From a virus (lineage: Duplodnaviria; Heunggongvirae; Uroviricota; Caudoviricetes), in IMG/VR virus record IMGVR_UViG_3300010049_000009, positions 64,001-128,000 of that record: 64,000 bases of DNA, one strand, 5' to 3'. Below are positions 7,464 to 16,981 of this stretch, piece after piece. Position numbers and translations under genes: made by a program. The number at the start of each line of letters is the position of its first letter. The stretch's first letter is position 1. The notes below the pieces were generated by a model. It ran no database searches. It was not told the DNA's origin and worked only from the letters and a program-made list of their open reading frames with translations.

Positions 7464-7760
7464 TTACACTTTATTTCCGTTTTCATCCCAAGCCTTCCCG
7501 CATTTAATACATATGTAATAAACATCATTTGTGTCTTTAAGGGTTAATCTTCTCTTATCGTGTTTTCCGAAAAACAAACAAGAAAGTTTATCTTTTAATG
7601 AGTCAAGATATTCGTGAAAATCCCAACAACTATCGAAGTGAACAATTAACCAAAAAAAACGTATTAAATCTCTTACCATAATAAGCATCATTCCACACGC
7701 TGCCGTTAAGAAAAGAAATAAAAATATTCGTTCACCTAATGTATAACTGCACCATTCCAT
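7464..7760 (-). CDS. Hypothetical membrane protein with C-terminal CxxC
   Basis: N-terminal hydrophobic helix; CIKCG. Confidence 0.65.
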   Translation of the reverse strand: MEWCSYTLGERIFLFLFLTAACGMMLIMVRDLIRFFWLIVHFDSCWDFHEYLDSLKDKLSCLFFGKHDKRRLTLKDTNDVYYICIKCGKAWDENGNKV

Positions 7761-7764
7761 AACC

Positions 7765-7926
7765 TTAACTCATTATAAATTTTTTAATAAACCAACTTTC
7801 CATAAACCACTCAACAAATCGAAATGCGCTTGGGTGGTGGGTTGAAATCCATAATACCATTACAATTGAAATAATTATAACGCTCATGAAACCCCATAAT
7901 AATACCCATAAAATACCCAATATCAT
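7765..7926 (-). CDS. Small membrane protein (53 aa)
   Basis: MILGILWVLLWGFMSVIIISIVMVLW...; fills the gap between neighbours. Confidence 0.55.
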   Translation of the reverse strand: MILGILWVLLWGFMSVIIISIVMVLWISTHHPSAFRFVEWFMESWFIKKFIMS

Positions 7927-7938
7927 TTTGTTGATTTA

Positions 7939-8595
7939 TTAAGGGTAATTGTATTCTTTGTTTTCCATTGAACACACTTCCCTAAATAGAGTAATAATTT
8001 GGGGGATTAGGTCTTCCCTTCCCATTAAAATTTTCTTCTTGATTGTGTGTTCGTACTTCAACTTATCTTCATCACAAGTATCAAAATAGATACGTTGTGT
8101 GGGCGATACTTGTATCCATTGGTTATTTACAATATCAATGTTTTTACGAATAAATTGAGGATAAGCATTTCCATCCCACATTTTAACCATAATTATTTCG
8201 TCTTTATGTAAAAACGCAAATGTTATGTTATTAACGTCAGTGTTCACATAATCCTTATGAAATTCATCATACAATGGGGCATATAATTCGCTCTTATTTG
8301 CACCCGATTGTTGTTTCTTTTTCAGTTTATCTTCGTCAGCAAACGTGCAACAAACATTATACAAATACACCCTTGTTTTGCTTTCCAAATCCCTTTGAAT
8401 GAGATTAACAGCATTGTCAAAATATTCTTTGAAATCCAAACTTCGCAAACTTGATGGGTTGAATTTGTTGATATTAAAATATCTCTGACATATAATGTCA
8501 TTATTAATCTTCAACTCGAAGGAATAATCATGTTTTACAAACGTTTGATTTTCCTTTCCACTTGGTGGTTGAGGTTTTTTGATATTCTTATCCAT
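7939..8595 (-). CDS. Hypothetical protein
   Basis: 218 aa ORF downstream of the exonuclease. Confidence 0.8.
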   Translation of the reverse strand: MDKNIKKPQPPSGKENQTFVKHDYSFELKINNDIICQRYFNINKFNPSSLRSLDFKEYFDNAVNLIQRDLESKTRVYLYNVCCTFADEDKLKKKQQSGANKSELYAPLYDEFHKDYVNTDVNNITFAFLHKDEIIMVKMWDGNAYPQFIRKNIDIVNNQWIQVSPTQRIYFDTCDEDKLKYEHTIKKKILMGREDLIPQIITLFREVCSMENKEYNYP

Positions 8596-8635
8596 TTCAC
8601 TTACTATTAAAAAAATGTTTATAATTGATTAATTA

Positions 8636-9832
8636 CTATTCTATTTCTGTAAAGCCGCTTTTTTTATAAAACAACTTTTCCCTTTCAATAACCCGCTTAA
8701 ATGGAATAAAGAATGAACTGAATTTATTTCCTTGTAAATCCACCAACTCTTCTCTACATATTATACGATAGACTGTTTCAAAATCTCTATCGGAAGGGTC
8801 GAGTGGGGAATCTACTAATTCATCCAACTCACTTTTTATTTCTTTACCGAGTATTGGTCTTTTTAAGTTAATAATTTTATCCCTCAAATCAATAGTACCG
8901 TCATTAAATTCGTCTAAAATATTTTTAAAAACCTTTGAAGATTTTTTATCACCACCACTTTCAACCAATAGTTTGGTTTTAGAAATAATATCGTCAATGG
9001 TAATAATATTTGAATATAATTCGGGATAATGTTTTTTGATTGTTACTTCACCCAATCCTTTTACACCGCTTATATTATCTGAACTGTCGCCACGTAAAAG
9101 TTTGTTAAGTAATATGTTTTCCAATGGAATACCAAATTTTTCTTGGTAATTACCTGTGTGGTAAAATTCTTTTTTCTTTGGGTCGTATACTGCAACGTCT
9201 TTATCTATTAATTGGTGTAAATCACTGTCACCTGTGATAATATAAACCTTTTGATTTGGATGTTTGTTTAAAACAATGTGGGCAATAATATCGTCGCTTT
9301 CTGTGCCTGCTGCATCGTCTTGAACTTGTCGAATAAATAAATATTCAAACAATTCTTGTAGCAACAATTTACACTTTTCAAAATCCTCATTTTCATCTTC
9401 TCTTTTCTGTTGATTTTCTAAATACTTTTCCGGATCTTTTTGACGTGCCAACGCTTCTCTCTTTTTCTTCTCTCTATCTAATATAGAATATACAAAAGCG
9501 TTGATTTGTCTATCATATTCCGAATACTGTTTTTTTCGTGATTTCTTATATTCGGGATAAAGTTCATATCTTAAAAGACCACTATTTTGCCCATCCCACG
9601 CACAGAATATTTTGGAAAATGTGCGCTTATGTAGCAAAATTTTTATTTTCCATAAAAAATTCATTATTGTACCAACCCTAACACCATTAGTGTTTTTAGG
9701 GCATTTTACCATACTTCCCTTCAATAAACTATTTCCGTCTATAATCAATATATATTCGGGTTCTTCATGTTGAACGCCTGCTAAATATGGGTTATCAGCG
9801 ATTATTGTTTTTTTTATGGGTTGAGTTGCCAT
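8636..9832 (-). CDS. 5'-3' exonuclease (T4 RNase H / FEN / PolI N-terminal family)
   Basis: IIDGNS, AWDG, ESDDII, TGDSDLHQL, RGDSSDNISGVKGLGEVT (H3TH). Confidence 0.93.
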   Translation of the reverse strand: MATQPIKKTIIADNPYLAGVQHEEPEYILIIDGNSLLKGSMVKCPKNTNGVRVGTIMNFLWKIKILLHKRTFSKIFCAWDGQNSGLLRYELYPEYKKSRKKQYSEYDRQINAFVYSILDREKKKREALARQKDPEKYLENQQKREDENEDFEKCKLLLQELFEYLFIRQVQDDAAGTESDDIIAHIVLNKHPNQKVYIITGDSDLHQLIDKDVAVYDPKKKEFYHTGNYQEKFGIPLENILLNKLLRGDSSDNISGVKGLGEVTIKKHYPELYSNIITIDDIISKTKLLVESGGDKKSSKVFKNILDEFNDGTIDLRDKIINLKRPILGKEIKSELDELVDSPLDPSDRDFETVYRIICREELVDLQGNKFSSFFIPFKRVIEREKLFYKKSGFTEIE

Positions 9833-9852
9833 TTTATTGAATTATATTCGTT

Positions 9853-10053
9853 TTACAAACCAAAATCTTCTTGTTCTTCACTATTTGGGTAAACAGTGAA
9901 ACTTATTTCGATAAATTCTGCCGGCACATTTGGTCTTACAGTCATATTAATAAGACCCTCACCATTATAACTTATTGAAGCAATTCTATCTTCACCTCTC
10001 CCCAATGTTTCGTATTGTTCAAGTTTAGTTCTTAATTCTTTTATTGTTACCAT
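9853..10053 (-). CDS. Hypothetical protein
   Basis: 66 aa ORF in operon. Confidence 0.65.
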   Translation of the reverse strand: MVTIKELRTKLEQYETLGRGEDRIASISYNGEGLINMTVRPNVPAEFIEISFTVYPNSEEQEDFGL

Positions 10054-10054
10054 T

Positions 10055-10381
10055 TTATTTTTGTATTAATTTTCTTTTGGAATGAAAAAACTGCGTCATT
10101 TTATAACATTCGATAGTTAAATTATCTTCGTTTGGTCGTATTGAATCATAAATTGGTATCAAAATATCAAATATTTCTCTGTATAGTAAAATATAGGAAT
10201 TTTGAGATACACAATCAGGTGTGTTCAATAATTTGGTTATAAATACACACGAAATACTTTCTAACTCTTCTTCTGTTAAATCAGAAAGTAATTCCTTTTC
10301 TTTAAAATATAATTGTAATATAAAGCGTATTTTATCCGCATTTAATTCTATATTCTCCTCTAACCACCTTCTGTTGTCCAT
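10055..10381 (-). CDS. Hypothetical protein
   Basis: 108 aa ORF in operon. Confidence 0.7.
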   Translation of the reverse strand: MDNRRWLEENIELNADKIRFILQLYFKEKELLSDLTEEELESISCVFITKLLNTPDCVSQNSYILLYREIFDILIPIYDSIRPNEDNLTIECYKMTQFFHSKRKLIQK

Positions 10382-10383
10382 AA

Positions 10384-10638
10384 TTATTCTAAAATTGAAA
10401 TTGTGAACTTCACGTTTTTGTTTAAAAACTGATTTAACACTTCGTGTTTACCTGTTCGGTCTATTGAGTGTAATGATAATCCTACACAGGAATCATCAAA
10501 CTCACTTGTTGGTTGAACTACCGTGATTTCTTGAAAGTGTCCACCGTCAATAAATAATTCTCCCGAATTTCCCTCTAATGAAAAAGAATTTTTTTTACAA
10601 CCACTCTCTATACAACATTTTTTAATCTCTTCTGACAT
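10384..10638 (-). CDS. Hypothetical protein
   Basis: 84 aa ORF in operon. Confidence 0.65.
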   Translation of the reverse strand: MSEEIKKCCIESGCKKNSFSLEGNSGELFIDGGHFQEITVVQPTSEFDDSCVGLSLHSIDRTGKHEVLNQFLNKNVKFTISILE

Positions 10639-10689
10639 AAATATAATTATTATTACATTAGAAATATACTTCTTTATTTGTTATTACAC

Positions 10690-10719
10690 AAAAAAAAATT
10701 ACCTCAAATTGAGGTAATT
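10690..10719 (-). terminator. Rho-independent terminator
   Basis: AATTACCTC-AAATT-GAGGTAATT hairpin followed by a T run on the minus strand. Confidence 0.75.
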
Positions 10720-10774
10720 AAATTTTTAATCACTATCCGAAGAAGTGAAGAACGAGGCAATTATTCAAAGAGAA

Positions 10775-11194
10775 TTATCCCGCTGGGTCGGGATCGGGTT
10801 CGCCGCCACCGCCGTCACCACTTGGGTCACCGGCACCTGGTTCACCACCACCGTCACCTGGTTCGATTGGTTCACCACCGCCTGTGTCATCACCACCTGC
10901 ACCGTCACCCGGATCAATTGGATCAACGCCACCACCTGTGTCGCCACCGTCACCATGATCAGTGTCAGTTCCCGGTGCGCCGCCACCTACTGTGTCTTTA
11001 CCACCTTTTGCTACTTGTTTTGGATATATGCCTATTTCGTAACTCATATTCTGATCGAAGGTGCAACACCTTTTGGTGCTAATCATTTCACCACATTCAG
11101 GGCACTCAATTTTATTTGCTTCACTGAATACACGTGCTAAAGCGGGTTTATTGACACTTGGAAATTGTTGTTCAATAATATTTGCTGGTTTCAT
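10775..11194 (-). CDS. Protein with CxxC domain and Gly/Asp/Pro low-complexity tail
   Basis: CPECG; repeats DTGGG.(D)PI[DE]PGDG; preceded by CTATTTAT. Confidence 0.75.
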   Translation of the reverse strand: MKPANIIEQQFPSVNKPALARVFSEANKIECPECGEMISTKRCCTFDQNMSYEIGIYPKQVAKGGKDTVGGGAPGTDTDHGDGGDTGGGVDPIDPGDGAGGDDTGGGEPIEPGDGGGEPGAGDPSGDGGGGEPDPDPAG

Positions 11195-11244
11195 AAATTT
11201 AATTTTTTTTAAGTTATTTAATATAAATAGCTACAAAAAATAAT

Positions 11245-11673
11245 TTAATCCAATAAATGGGCGTTTTCAAATATATTACCTGCATAGTGCATAAATTCTA
11301 CGTTTAATCCAAATGTGTTTGCACACATAAGATAATCTTTTTCTAAATTTTCTACACCATTATCCAAATAATCTTTGTATTCGTCTATATGTAACCATAT
11401 AAAACGCGACCATTCTTTGACCCACACACAGACATAATGGTAACGCACGTCACCATGTTCTTCCTCTTCTTCGGAAAAATAGATGTCGTGTTCAAAAATA
11501 TATCTACCTTTAAGGTCAATTTTTCCTGTACTTCTACCAACTGTTTCAGGTATTACAGAATGTTCCTTTCCATCCTGATAGTCTATAATATAATTGTTTT
11601 TGTTTGGGTACACAACATAATACCCATAAATCCAAAATATATCATGTTTTCCCCTGAAAATTCTACTATCCAT
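11245..11673 (-). CDS. YopX-family protein
   Basis: IFRGK..WIYGY, IPETVGRSTGKID..GRYIFEHDI, GNIFEN. Confidence 0.88.
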   Translation of the reverse strand: MDSRIFRGKHDIFWIYGYYVVYPNKNNYIIDYQDGKEHSVIPETVGRSTGKIDLKGRYIFEHDIYFSEEEEEHGDVRYHYVCVWVKEWSRFIWLHIDEYKDYLDNGVENLEKDYLMCANTFGLNVEFMHYAGNIFENAHLLD

Positions 11674-11674
11674 A

Positions 11675-13342
11675 TTATTTCACTAATATTATTCTACCAT
11701 CCTGTTGAAACGATTTATCTTTTTTATCAATAATTGTATATTCACAGACCGGAGTTGCGTTTCCATAGTTTAACTGACTGTGTAGTGAAGAACCAAATAT
11801 ACTTCCTACACTGCGGTATTTGAATTTCTTACCGTATGTGGTTGCAGATGTATGTAAATCCGCTTTTACAAACAGTATATTAGAACTTGGGGCAATATTC
11901 GGTAGGTGGTAATCAATAAATTCGTTGATTTTGATTTCAAGTCCATTGTCTATCACCAATGGATAATTTCTTGTCATAAACTGTTGATCCTTACCATGTG
12001 CGTACATTATAATATGTTCACCGTATTTTACCCAATCAATAAATTTTTCGGATACTGTTGCTATCATACCAGGATACTTAACTTTGAAGTATTCAACCAA
12101 AAGGCGTGAGGCAGCATAACCCAACGTACCATCATGATTTGAAGTAGCAACCGAATAATAATCAATTTTATAAGCAACTTTTCTTTGATATAGTGTTTCA
12201 ACAAATTGTTGCATAAGTGTAACACCGAAATTAAATTGTTGTTTTCCGGTTAAGTATTGTGGTAAAAAGTGTCCACCCCTTGATGTTTTATTATTATCAC
12301 CGTCAAGAAAATCACCCAAATTAAATATCATTAATCGGTCTAATCCTGAAAGTGACGCTGATATTTCACATACTTTTTCAATGATAGTTACAAATCGCCT
12401 TTGAACTTCTTCAATAGTATAATCATTATCATATAAACTTTCATCTTGATTGACTAATGCGCCAAAATGAGCATCTGCTATGAAAAGACACATTGCTTTA
12501 TCTGTAACTAATGGTTGTTCTTCAACCTGGAACGGAGTGATTTTAGAAAAATCCACTCGTGAAAGAAGATTTTGTGTGTTTTTGATATAACCTTTGAGGT
12601 TTTTATTTTCTTCCAACAAACGCAAATTATTTTCTTCGAGTTTTTTGTATTTTGTTTGTTCAAGTTTTAAAAAGAAGTTTTTTTCCTTTTCTCTAAATAC
12701 TTTTTCCAAAATAGCGTTTGTACTTTCTTCTTCAAGTACGTGGAACGCAACAGGAATACTTGCCTTTGTAATACCAAAGACTTTAAGAATCCTTTGAAAT
12801 CCGAAGAAATCAAGGTTAAGTTCGTTAAGTAACTCACGAGCTACTGTTCTTTGAGTGAGGTTGCCGGATTCTTTGGTATATAACAAAAATATTTCATTCA
12901 TTATTTTCCTCGAAATAGTACCTCTTAACAGTTCTTTGTGTCGCCCTCTGATTGCAAACTCGTAATGTGTTATTTTATTGTTTTCATCACGTTTCGCAAT
13001 TCCGTATGTTTCACTATCTTCGTCAGGTTCTTCTTCCAAACACACTTTACTTTCAATAACATCAGGTGCGCCGTCTTCAACTGTACAACCATTTTGTTTA
13101 AGGTTTTTGGGTTTTCCCGCATTTAGTTTGAGTCTTTCGTACAGATCAAGAAGTTCGCTGTACTGCTCTTGTGTTATTGAACCTTTAGAGAGGGCGGTTG
13201 CACCACCTCTTCTAATATAATCGTAGAAAAAATTATCCTGCTTACCGAAATGTGATGTTGTTTCATAAACAAGAAGGTCATTCTCTAATCCGTATCTAAT
13301 GTATTCTAATACCTCAGAAAACTTTACATAATTATTATCCAT
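11675..13342 (-). CDS. Calcineurin-like metallophosphoesterase with N-terminal extension and coiled coil
   Basis: ADAHFG, NLGDFLDG, SNHD, YAHG, ADLH. Confidence 0.85.
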   Translation of the reverse strand: MDNNYVKFSEVLEYIRYGLENDLLVYETTSHFGKQDNFFYDYIRRGGATALSKGSITQEQYSELLDLYERLKLNAGKPKNLKQNGCTVEDGAPDVIESKVCLEEEPDEDSETYGIAKRDENNKITHYEFAIRGRHKELLRGTISRKIMNEIFLLYTKESGNLTQRTVARELLNELNLDFFGFQRILKVFGITKASIPVAFHVLEEESTNAILEKVFREKEKNFFLKLEQTKYKKLEENNLRLLEENKNLKGYIKNTQNLLSRVDFSKITPFQVEEQPLVTDKAMCLFIADAHFGALVNQDESLYDNDYTIEEVQRRFVTIIEKVCEISASLSGLDRLMIFNLGDFLDGDNNKTSRGGHFLPQYLTGKQQFNFGVTLMQQFVETLYQRKVAYKIDYYSVATSNHDGTLGYAASRLLVEYFKVKYPGMIATVSEKFIDWVKYGEHIIMYAHGKDQQFMTRNYPLVIDNGLEIKINEFIDYHLPNIAPSSNILFVKADLHTSATTYGKKFKYRSVGSIFGSSLHSQLNYGNATPVCEYTIIDKKDKSFQQDGRIILVK

Positions 13343-13370
13343 TTTTATATTATTGTTATATTTAAAATTA

Positions 13371-13766
13371 CTAATCTATTGGGGAATATTCCCATATACC
13401 GGGTTCTTTTTTTCTTCTTTTATACACACCGGGTTTGACGTTGGGAAGGGTATAAAATATTATACTAATTATATCGTCTAAATTATCAACAATATAATCA
13501 TAGGTTTCCCACGCCTTCGCTTCTAACTCTTTACTCCATATTTTATCTTCAAATTCTCCATTGGTAACATGGTCTTTGTAAGTACCCCACGCTTGCATGA
13601 AATTTTCCATAACCGTACCACCCCAAAACATATCTTTTGGGTCAATTTTAAAATCCCATTGGGTGGGTATGGGTGGACTAACTAATTTTTCTGCGTAAAC
13701 ATCCTTTGTGATTTTTACCAAAGGTAGAATTTTGATAATCTCTTCTGTTAAATTTATCTTGATCAT
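13371..13766 (-). CDS. Hypothetical protein
   Basis: 131 aa ORF. Confidence 0.7.
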   Translation of the reverse strand: MIKINLTEEIIKILPLVKITKDVYAEKLVSPPIPTQWDFKIDPKDMFWGGTVMENFMQAWGTYKDHVTNGEFEDKIWSKELEAKAWETYDYIVDNLDDIISIIFYTLPNVKPGVYKRRKKEPGIWEYSPID

Positions 13767-13771
13767 TGTCT

Positions 13772-14095
13772 TTATTTTTTTATTCTCTTATTCTCTTCAA
13801 TATAACTCATACCAAATGTATCTTTTTTAATTGGATATTCATAATCCCCATCACCTTTTAAGTGAAATTTTACCCTACCACGGTTGATTATAATTTCTTC
13901 ATTTTCAACTTTGGTTTTCAAATATTTTACATTTGGGTTGAATTTACGTGATAGTTCCTCGTCTAACCTCAATAAGTAATATGAGGGGATAATATCAACA
14001 ATTTCAATTTGTTGCATATCATACCGCTGTATGATTGGGTATAGTGCTTTGTGGATTGTAACAATATCCGATTCTGATTTTATACAAGGATTCAT
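13772..14095 (-). CDS. Hypothetical protein
   Basis: 107 aa ORF. Confidence 0.7.
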   Translation of the reverse strand: MNPCIKSESDIVTIHKALYPIIQRYDMQQIEIVDIIPSYYLLRLDEELSRKFNPNVKYLKTKVENEEIIINRGRVKFHLKGDGDYEYPIKKDTFGMSYIEENKRIKK

Positions 14096-14097
14096 TT

Positions 14098-14301
14098 CTA
14101 AAAAATATTAAAAAGTTTATAAAAAAAGTTTTGAATTTTTTCTTTGAATATTTTTGATTTCGACGGCGGTGTTTCCAATTCCTTTATCATAGCAACCCCC
14201 ATACCATTCAACATGTTATATGCGAACATATTCTTATCAATTTCAAGTTGCTTATCAAGCAACATAATCTCTTGGTCTAATTTTTCTATTGTATCTGTCA
14301 T
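14098..14301 (-). CDS. Hypothetical protein
   Basis: 67 aa ORF; ATGA overlap with the upstream gene. Confidence 0.65.
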   Translation of the reverse strand: MTDTIEKLDQEIMLLDKQLEIDKNMFAYNMLNGMGVAMIKELETPPSKSKIFKEKIQNFFYKLFNIF

Positions 14302-14540
14302 TTTTTGAATATATCGCTAATTAAACCATGTTCATCTTCAATGGTTATTTCTCTACTCTCTTTAACTTTTAATTTAGTACCACAAATAGGGCAAGTAAAA
14401 AAGTAATGATCTTCTTCATTAGGAACCGGTTCCATTACAAAATTATTTCTACAACAATTTTCCTCTTTAGGTGTGTCTTGTTGATGAATTATGTCAATAA
14501 CTGTGTATTCACATAAAGTTGTTTCCTTATTATTTTTCAT
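14298..14540 (-). CDS. Putative zinc-ribbon protein
   Basis: CC...CPICG. Confidence 0.6.
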   Translation of the reverse strand: MKNNKETTLCEYTVIDIIHQQDTPKEENCCRNNFVMEPVPNEEDHYFFTCPICGTKLKVKESREITIEDEHGLISDIFKK

Positions 14541-14564
14541 ATTATTTTTATTTTTATTAAATGA

Positions 14565-14819
14565 TTATCTATGATATTTTCCATTTTCCCAACGTTTTAA
14601 CGTGCTTGTGAGGTGTTGCATCCATTCATCGAATTTACGACCTGTATTCCACCTGTGCGTGGTTTTATACCATTCAACATGACCCACAAAATCATTTTCA
14701 AGTATATTTATTAAACGCACTCGAAACCCTTCGATAGACATTGATTCTTTGTTCAAATCCTTATATGTGTTTTCGCGTCTCATTTTTCTACCCATAATGA
14801 TTTGTCCAACAAAATGCAA
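14565..14819 (-). CDS. Hypothetical protein
   Basis: 84 aa ORF; start uncertain. Confidence 0.6.
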   Translation of the reverse strand: MHFVGQIIMGRKMRRENTYKDLNKESMSIEGFRVRLINILENDFVGHVEWYKTTHRWNTGRKFDEWMQHLTSTLKRWENGKYHR

Positions 14820-15108
14820 AATCAGCTACTTCGGGTACTTCAATCCAAAGTTTATTATCCAATGATATTTTGTTATGTGGTTGCCATTTTATGTTTATCT
14901 TACGTTTACAAAATGGACAAAGACAAGATAATTTCTTATATAAAACACCTTTTTTGAACTTATCTTTAATAGAAAACGACTCGTGAGTTGCTATCCACAC
15001 AATATCACAATCTTTGCAACCAAAAAAAACACGTTTTGGTGGTCTATCGTGGTATAAATCTTTAATATTATCTTGAATTTTATCTTTATTTAAAATTTGG
15101 ATTGCCAT
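14788..15108 (-). CDS. Putative zinc-ribbon protein
   Basis: CKDC...CPFC. Confidence 0.65.
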   Translation of the reverse strand: MAIQILNKDKIQDNIKDLYHDRPPKRVFFGCKDCDIVWIATHESFSIKDKFKKGVLYKKLSCLCPFCKRKINIKWQPHNKISLDNKLWIEVPEVADFAFCWTNHYG

Positions 15109-15118
15109 TGTTTACTAA

Positions 15119-15370
15119 TTAAAAGGGTAAAAAATCTTCGTCATCTCGCATAAAATCAGGATCACCTTCCCACGCCAAATGATATGATTTATGACATTTC
15201 CAACATTTTATGAAAACAGAAGAAGTAACTAAATCACTAACTTCCCCATTGCTTAACGGATATATCCATCCGGTATCACAATATGGACAACAATGTTCGA
15301 TTTCCCTTACATGGTCACATATTCTTTGTATTTCGGTGGAAGTTATCCAAACTGTTTTAAACTTTTCCAT
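15119..15370 (-). CDS. Putative zinc-ribbon protein
   Basis: CPYC...CWKC; start placed at MEKFK to avoid a long overlap. Confidence 0.65.
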   Translation of the reverse strand: MEKFKTVWITSTEIQRICDHVREIEHCCPYCDTGWIYPLSNGEVSDLVTSSVFIKCWKCHKSYHLAWEGDPDFMRDDEDFLPF

Positions 15371-15704
15371 TATTTTTAATTTTAAAGTGAATTTTTTGTG
15401 GAAAAAGTATAGAATCAATGTCGAATTGTTTGTGAAATTCATCCATACTTGGGTCAAACAAACTTTTTCTTACAACCTCTTCAAAATAGATTTGGTTATT
15501 TTTTAGTTGTTTTCGCAAAGATTTTATCTCTTTGTTCAACTTGTTAATTTGAAACTCTCTTGCTTCCCAACCACGGTGAAACCCATGGCGGTGACTTTGT
15601 TCGGTATAAAATTCCAACTGATGACCGAAGGATTTAATGTATTTATTACACTTTCTATTCACCAATTTGATATTTTCTACTATTTCTTTTTCAAGATTGT
15701 TCAT
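15357..15704 (-). CDS. Hypothetical coiled-coil protein
   Basis: 115 aa ORF. Confidence 0.65.
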   Translation of the reverse strand: MNNLEKEIVENIKLVNRKCNKYIKSFGHQLEFYTEQSHRHGFHRGWEAREFQINKLNKEIKSLRKQLKNNQIYFEEVVRKSLFDPSMDEFHKQFDIDSILFPQKIHFKIKNNGKV

Positions 15705-15883
15705 ATTTTAACTCTACTTTTTAATCCTTCAACTTCTGCTGAATGTTTAGAAATAAAGTGTTTTAAATCTCTTCTCAAAAGTTTAACTTCTTCTTCGACT
15801 TGTCTTTCAATCTCCATGACTTTATACATTATTCCGAAGAGAACACCAACAACTATTATTAAACATATTGCAATTTCCAACAT
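15701..15883 (-). CDS. Small membrane-anchored coiled-coil protein
   Basis: N-terminal TM helix followed by heptads. Confidence 0.65.
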   Translation of the reverse strand: MLEIAICLIIVVGVLFGIMYKVMEIERQVEEEVKLLRRDLKHFISKHSAEVEGLKSRVKI

Positions 15884-15887
15884 TTTT

Positions 15888-15992
15888 TTATTTTTTCAGA
15901 TTTTCCCTTATTACTAACCACGCCAAATAAAATACCGGTGATACTATTAACAAAAACGAAATAAGTATTGCTTGTCCTAATCCTAATTCCAT
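15888..15992 (-). CDS. Small membrane peptide (34 aa)
   Basis: MELGLGQAILISFLLIVSPVFYLAWLVIRENLKK; fills the gap. Confidence 0.5.
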   Translation of the reverse strand: MELGLGQAILISFLLIVSPVFYLAWLVIRENLKK

Positions 15993-15994
15993 GA

Positions 15995-16399
15995 TTAATC
16001 GTGTAAAACTTGTTTTATGGTATCGGTTTTTTCTTTAACAACAGTCAAATCCAATTTTCTACTTTCGGTAATAAACAATAGAATCTGATCCATAATAAAA
16101 ACAATCGTGGCAACAGAAAGCATATCCATAAGAATACTCCCCGCACAATACAACCAACCTTCCGGTTGTCCGAATATCACCAATGAAGGTGTGATTGCCA
16201 TTTCAGGTAAAACAAACATGTTTAGTGCCGATAATATACCACTAATCCAAACCGGTGTACATATCATACAATATAAACTATCTTTTAACCCAAACATTGT
16301 AACTAACCACTCCCACGGCTTAACAACCAATGGTCTCTTATATACTATTGCAAATGATATTGCATATACTATTAAACAAAAAATTCCTATTTTTAACAT
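15995..16399 (-). CDS. DUF1360-like membrane protein
   Basis: Three hydrophobic helices with YCMICTPVW (CxxC-xxxW). Confidence 0.55.
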   Translation of the reverse strand: MLKIGIFCLIVYAISFAIVYKRPLVVKPWEWLVTMFGLKDSLYCMICTPVWISGILSALNMFVLPEMAITPSLVIFGQPEGWLYCAGSILMDMLSVATIVFIMDQILLFITESRKLDLTVVKEKTDTIKQVLHD

Positions 16400-16406
16400 A
16401 TGTTGT

Positions 16407-16652
16407 TTATTTTAATTTTAAAAAATCACAATTTTCATCCCAATCCCAATCCTTCTTTATTGGGGGGAGTTCTGTACCAGGAGGGTTTATTAGTTCGTTT
16501 CCTAAAACCTGCCAAGCCCTCATACAAAAATTCCCTATTACTTTCGGGAAATCAATATGAGTAACAACTGTGTTCCATGATCTACAAAAATCACATTCTC
16601 CACATTCACAGGGAAATTCCCCATACATTTCTACAACTTTTTTTAATTCCAT
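16407..16652 (-). CDS. Cys-rich hypothetical protein
   Basis: CECGECDFC. Confidence 0.65.
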   Translation of the reverse strand: MELKKVVEMYGEFPCECGECDFCRSWNTVVTHIDFPKVIGNFCMRAWQVLGNELINPPGTELPPIKKDWDWDENCDFLKLK

Positions 16653-16657
16653 AACGT

Positions 16658-16981
16658 TTAATTTAATTTAATAATTCCCCATCTATTATTTTGTGAAACC
16701 ATAAATTTATCTGCACCTATTTGCATTAAATTTGTGTATTCTATTGGTATTATAATTTCATTGTTTTCATTTATAACACCCCATTTACCACTTTGCCCCA
16801 CATAATATTCATCGTATTCCATGTGAATCAAATCGTTGTATATAATAGGTATTATAATATCACCTTTTTCATTTATAAGACCCCATTTATTATTCATTTT
16901 TACTAAATACTTGTTTTCGTCTCCGCTCACAAGTATTATGTTTTCGTACACTATGTCTATAACAGTTTCTATATTTGTCAT
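16658..16981 (-). CDS. WG-repeat protein
   Basis: NKWGLINEKGDIIIPIIY, GKWGVINENNEIIIPIEY. Confidence 0.85.
   Translation of the reverse strand: MTNIETVIDIVYENIILVSGDENKYLVKMNNKWGLINEKGDIIIPIIYNDLIHMEYDEYYVGQSGKWGVINENNEIIIPIEYTNLMQIGADKFMVSQNNRWGIIKLN

Noticed and set aside
10678-11140. Overlapping ORFs 10678+, 10745+ and 10765-
   Set aside because: Shadow frames created by the GC-rich Gly-Asp-Pro repeat of the real minus-strand gene.
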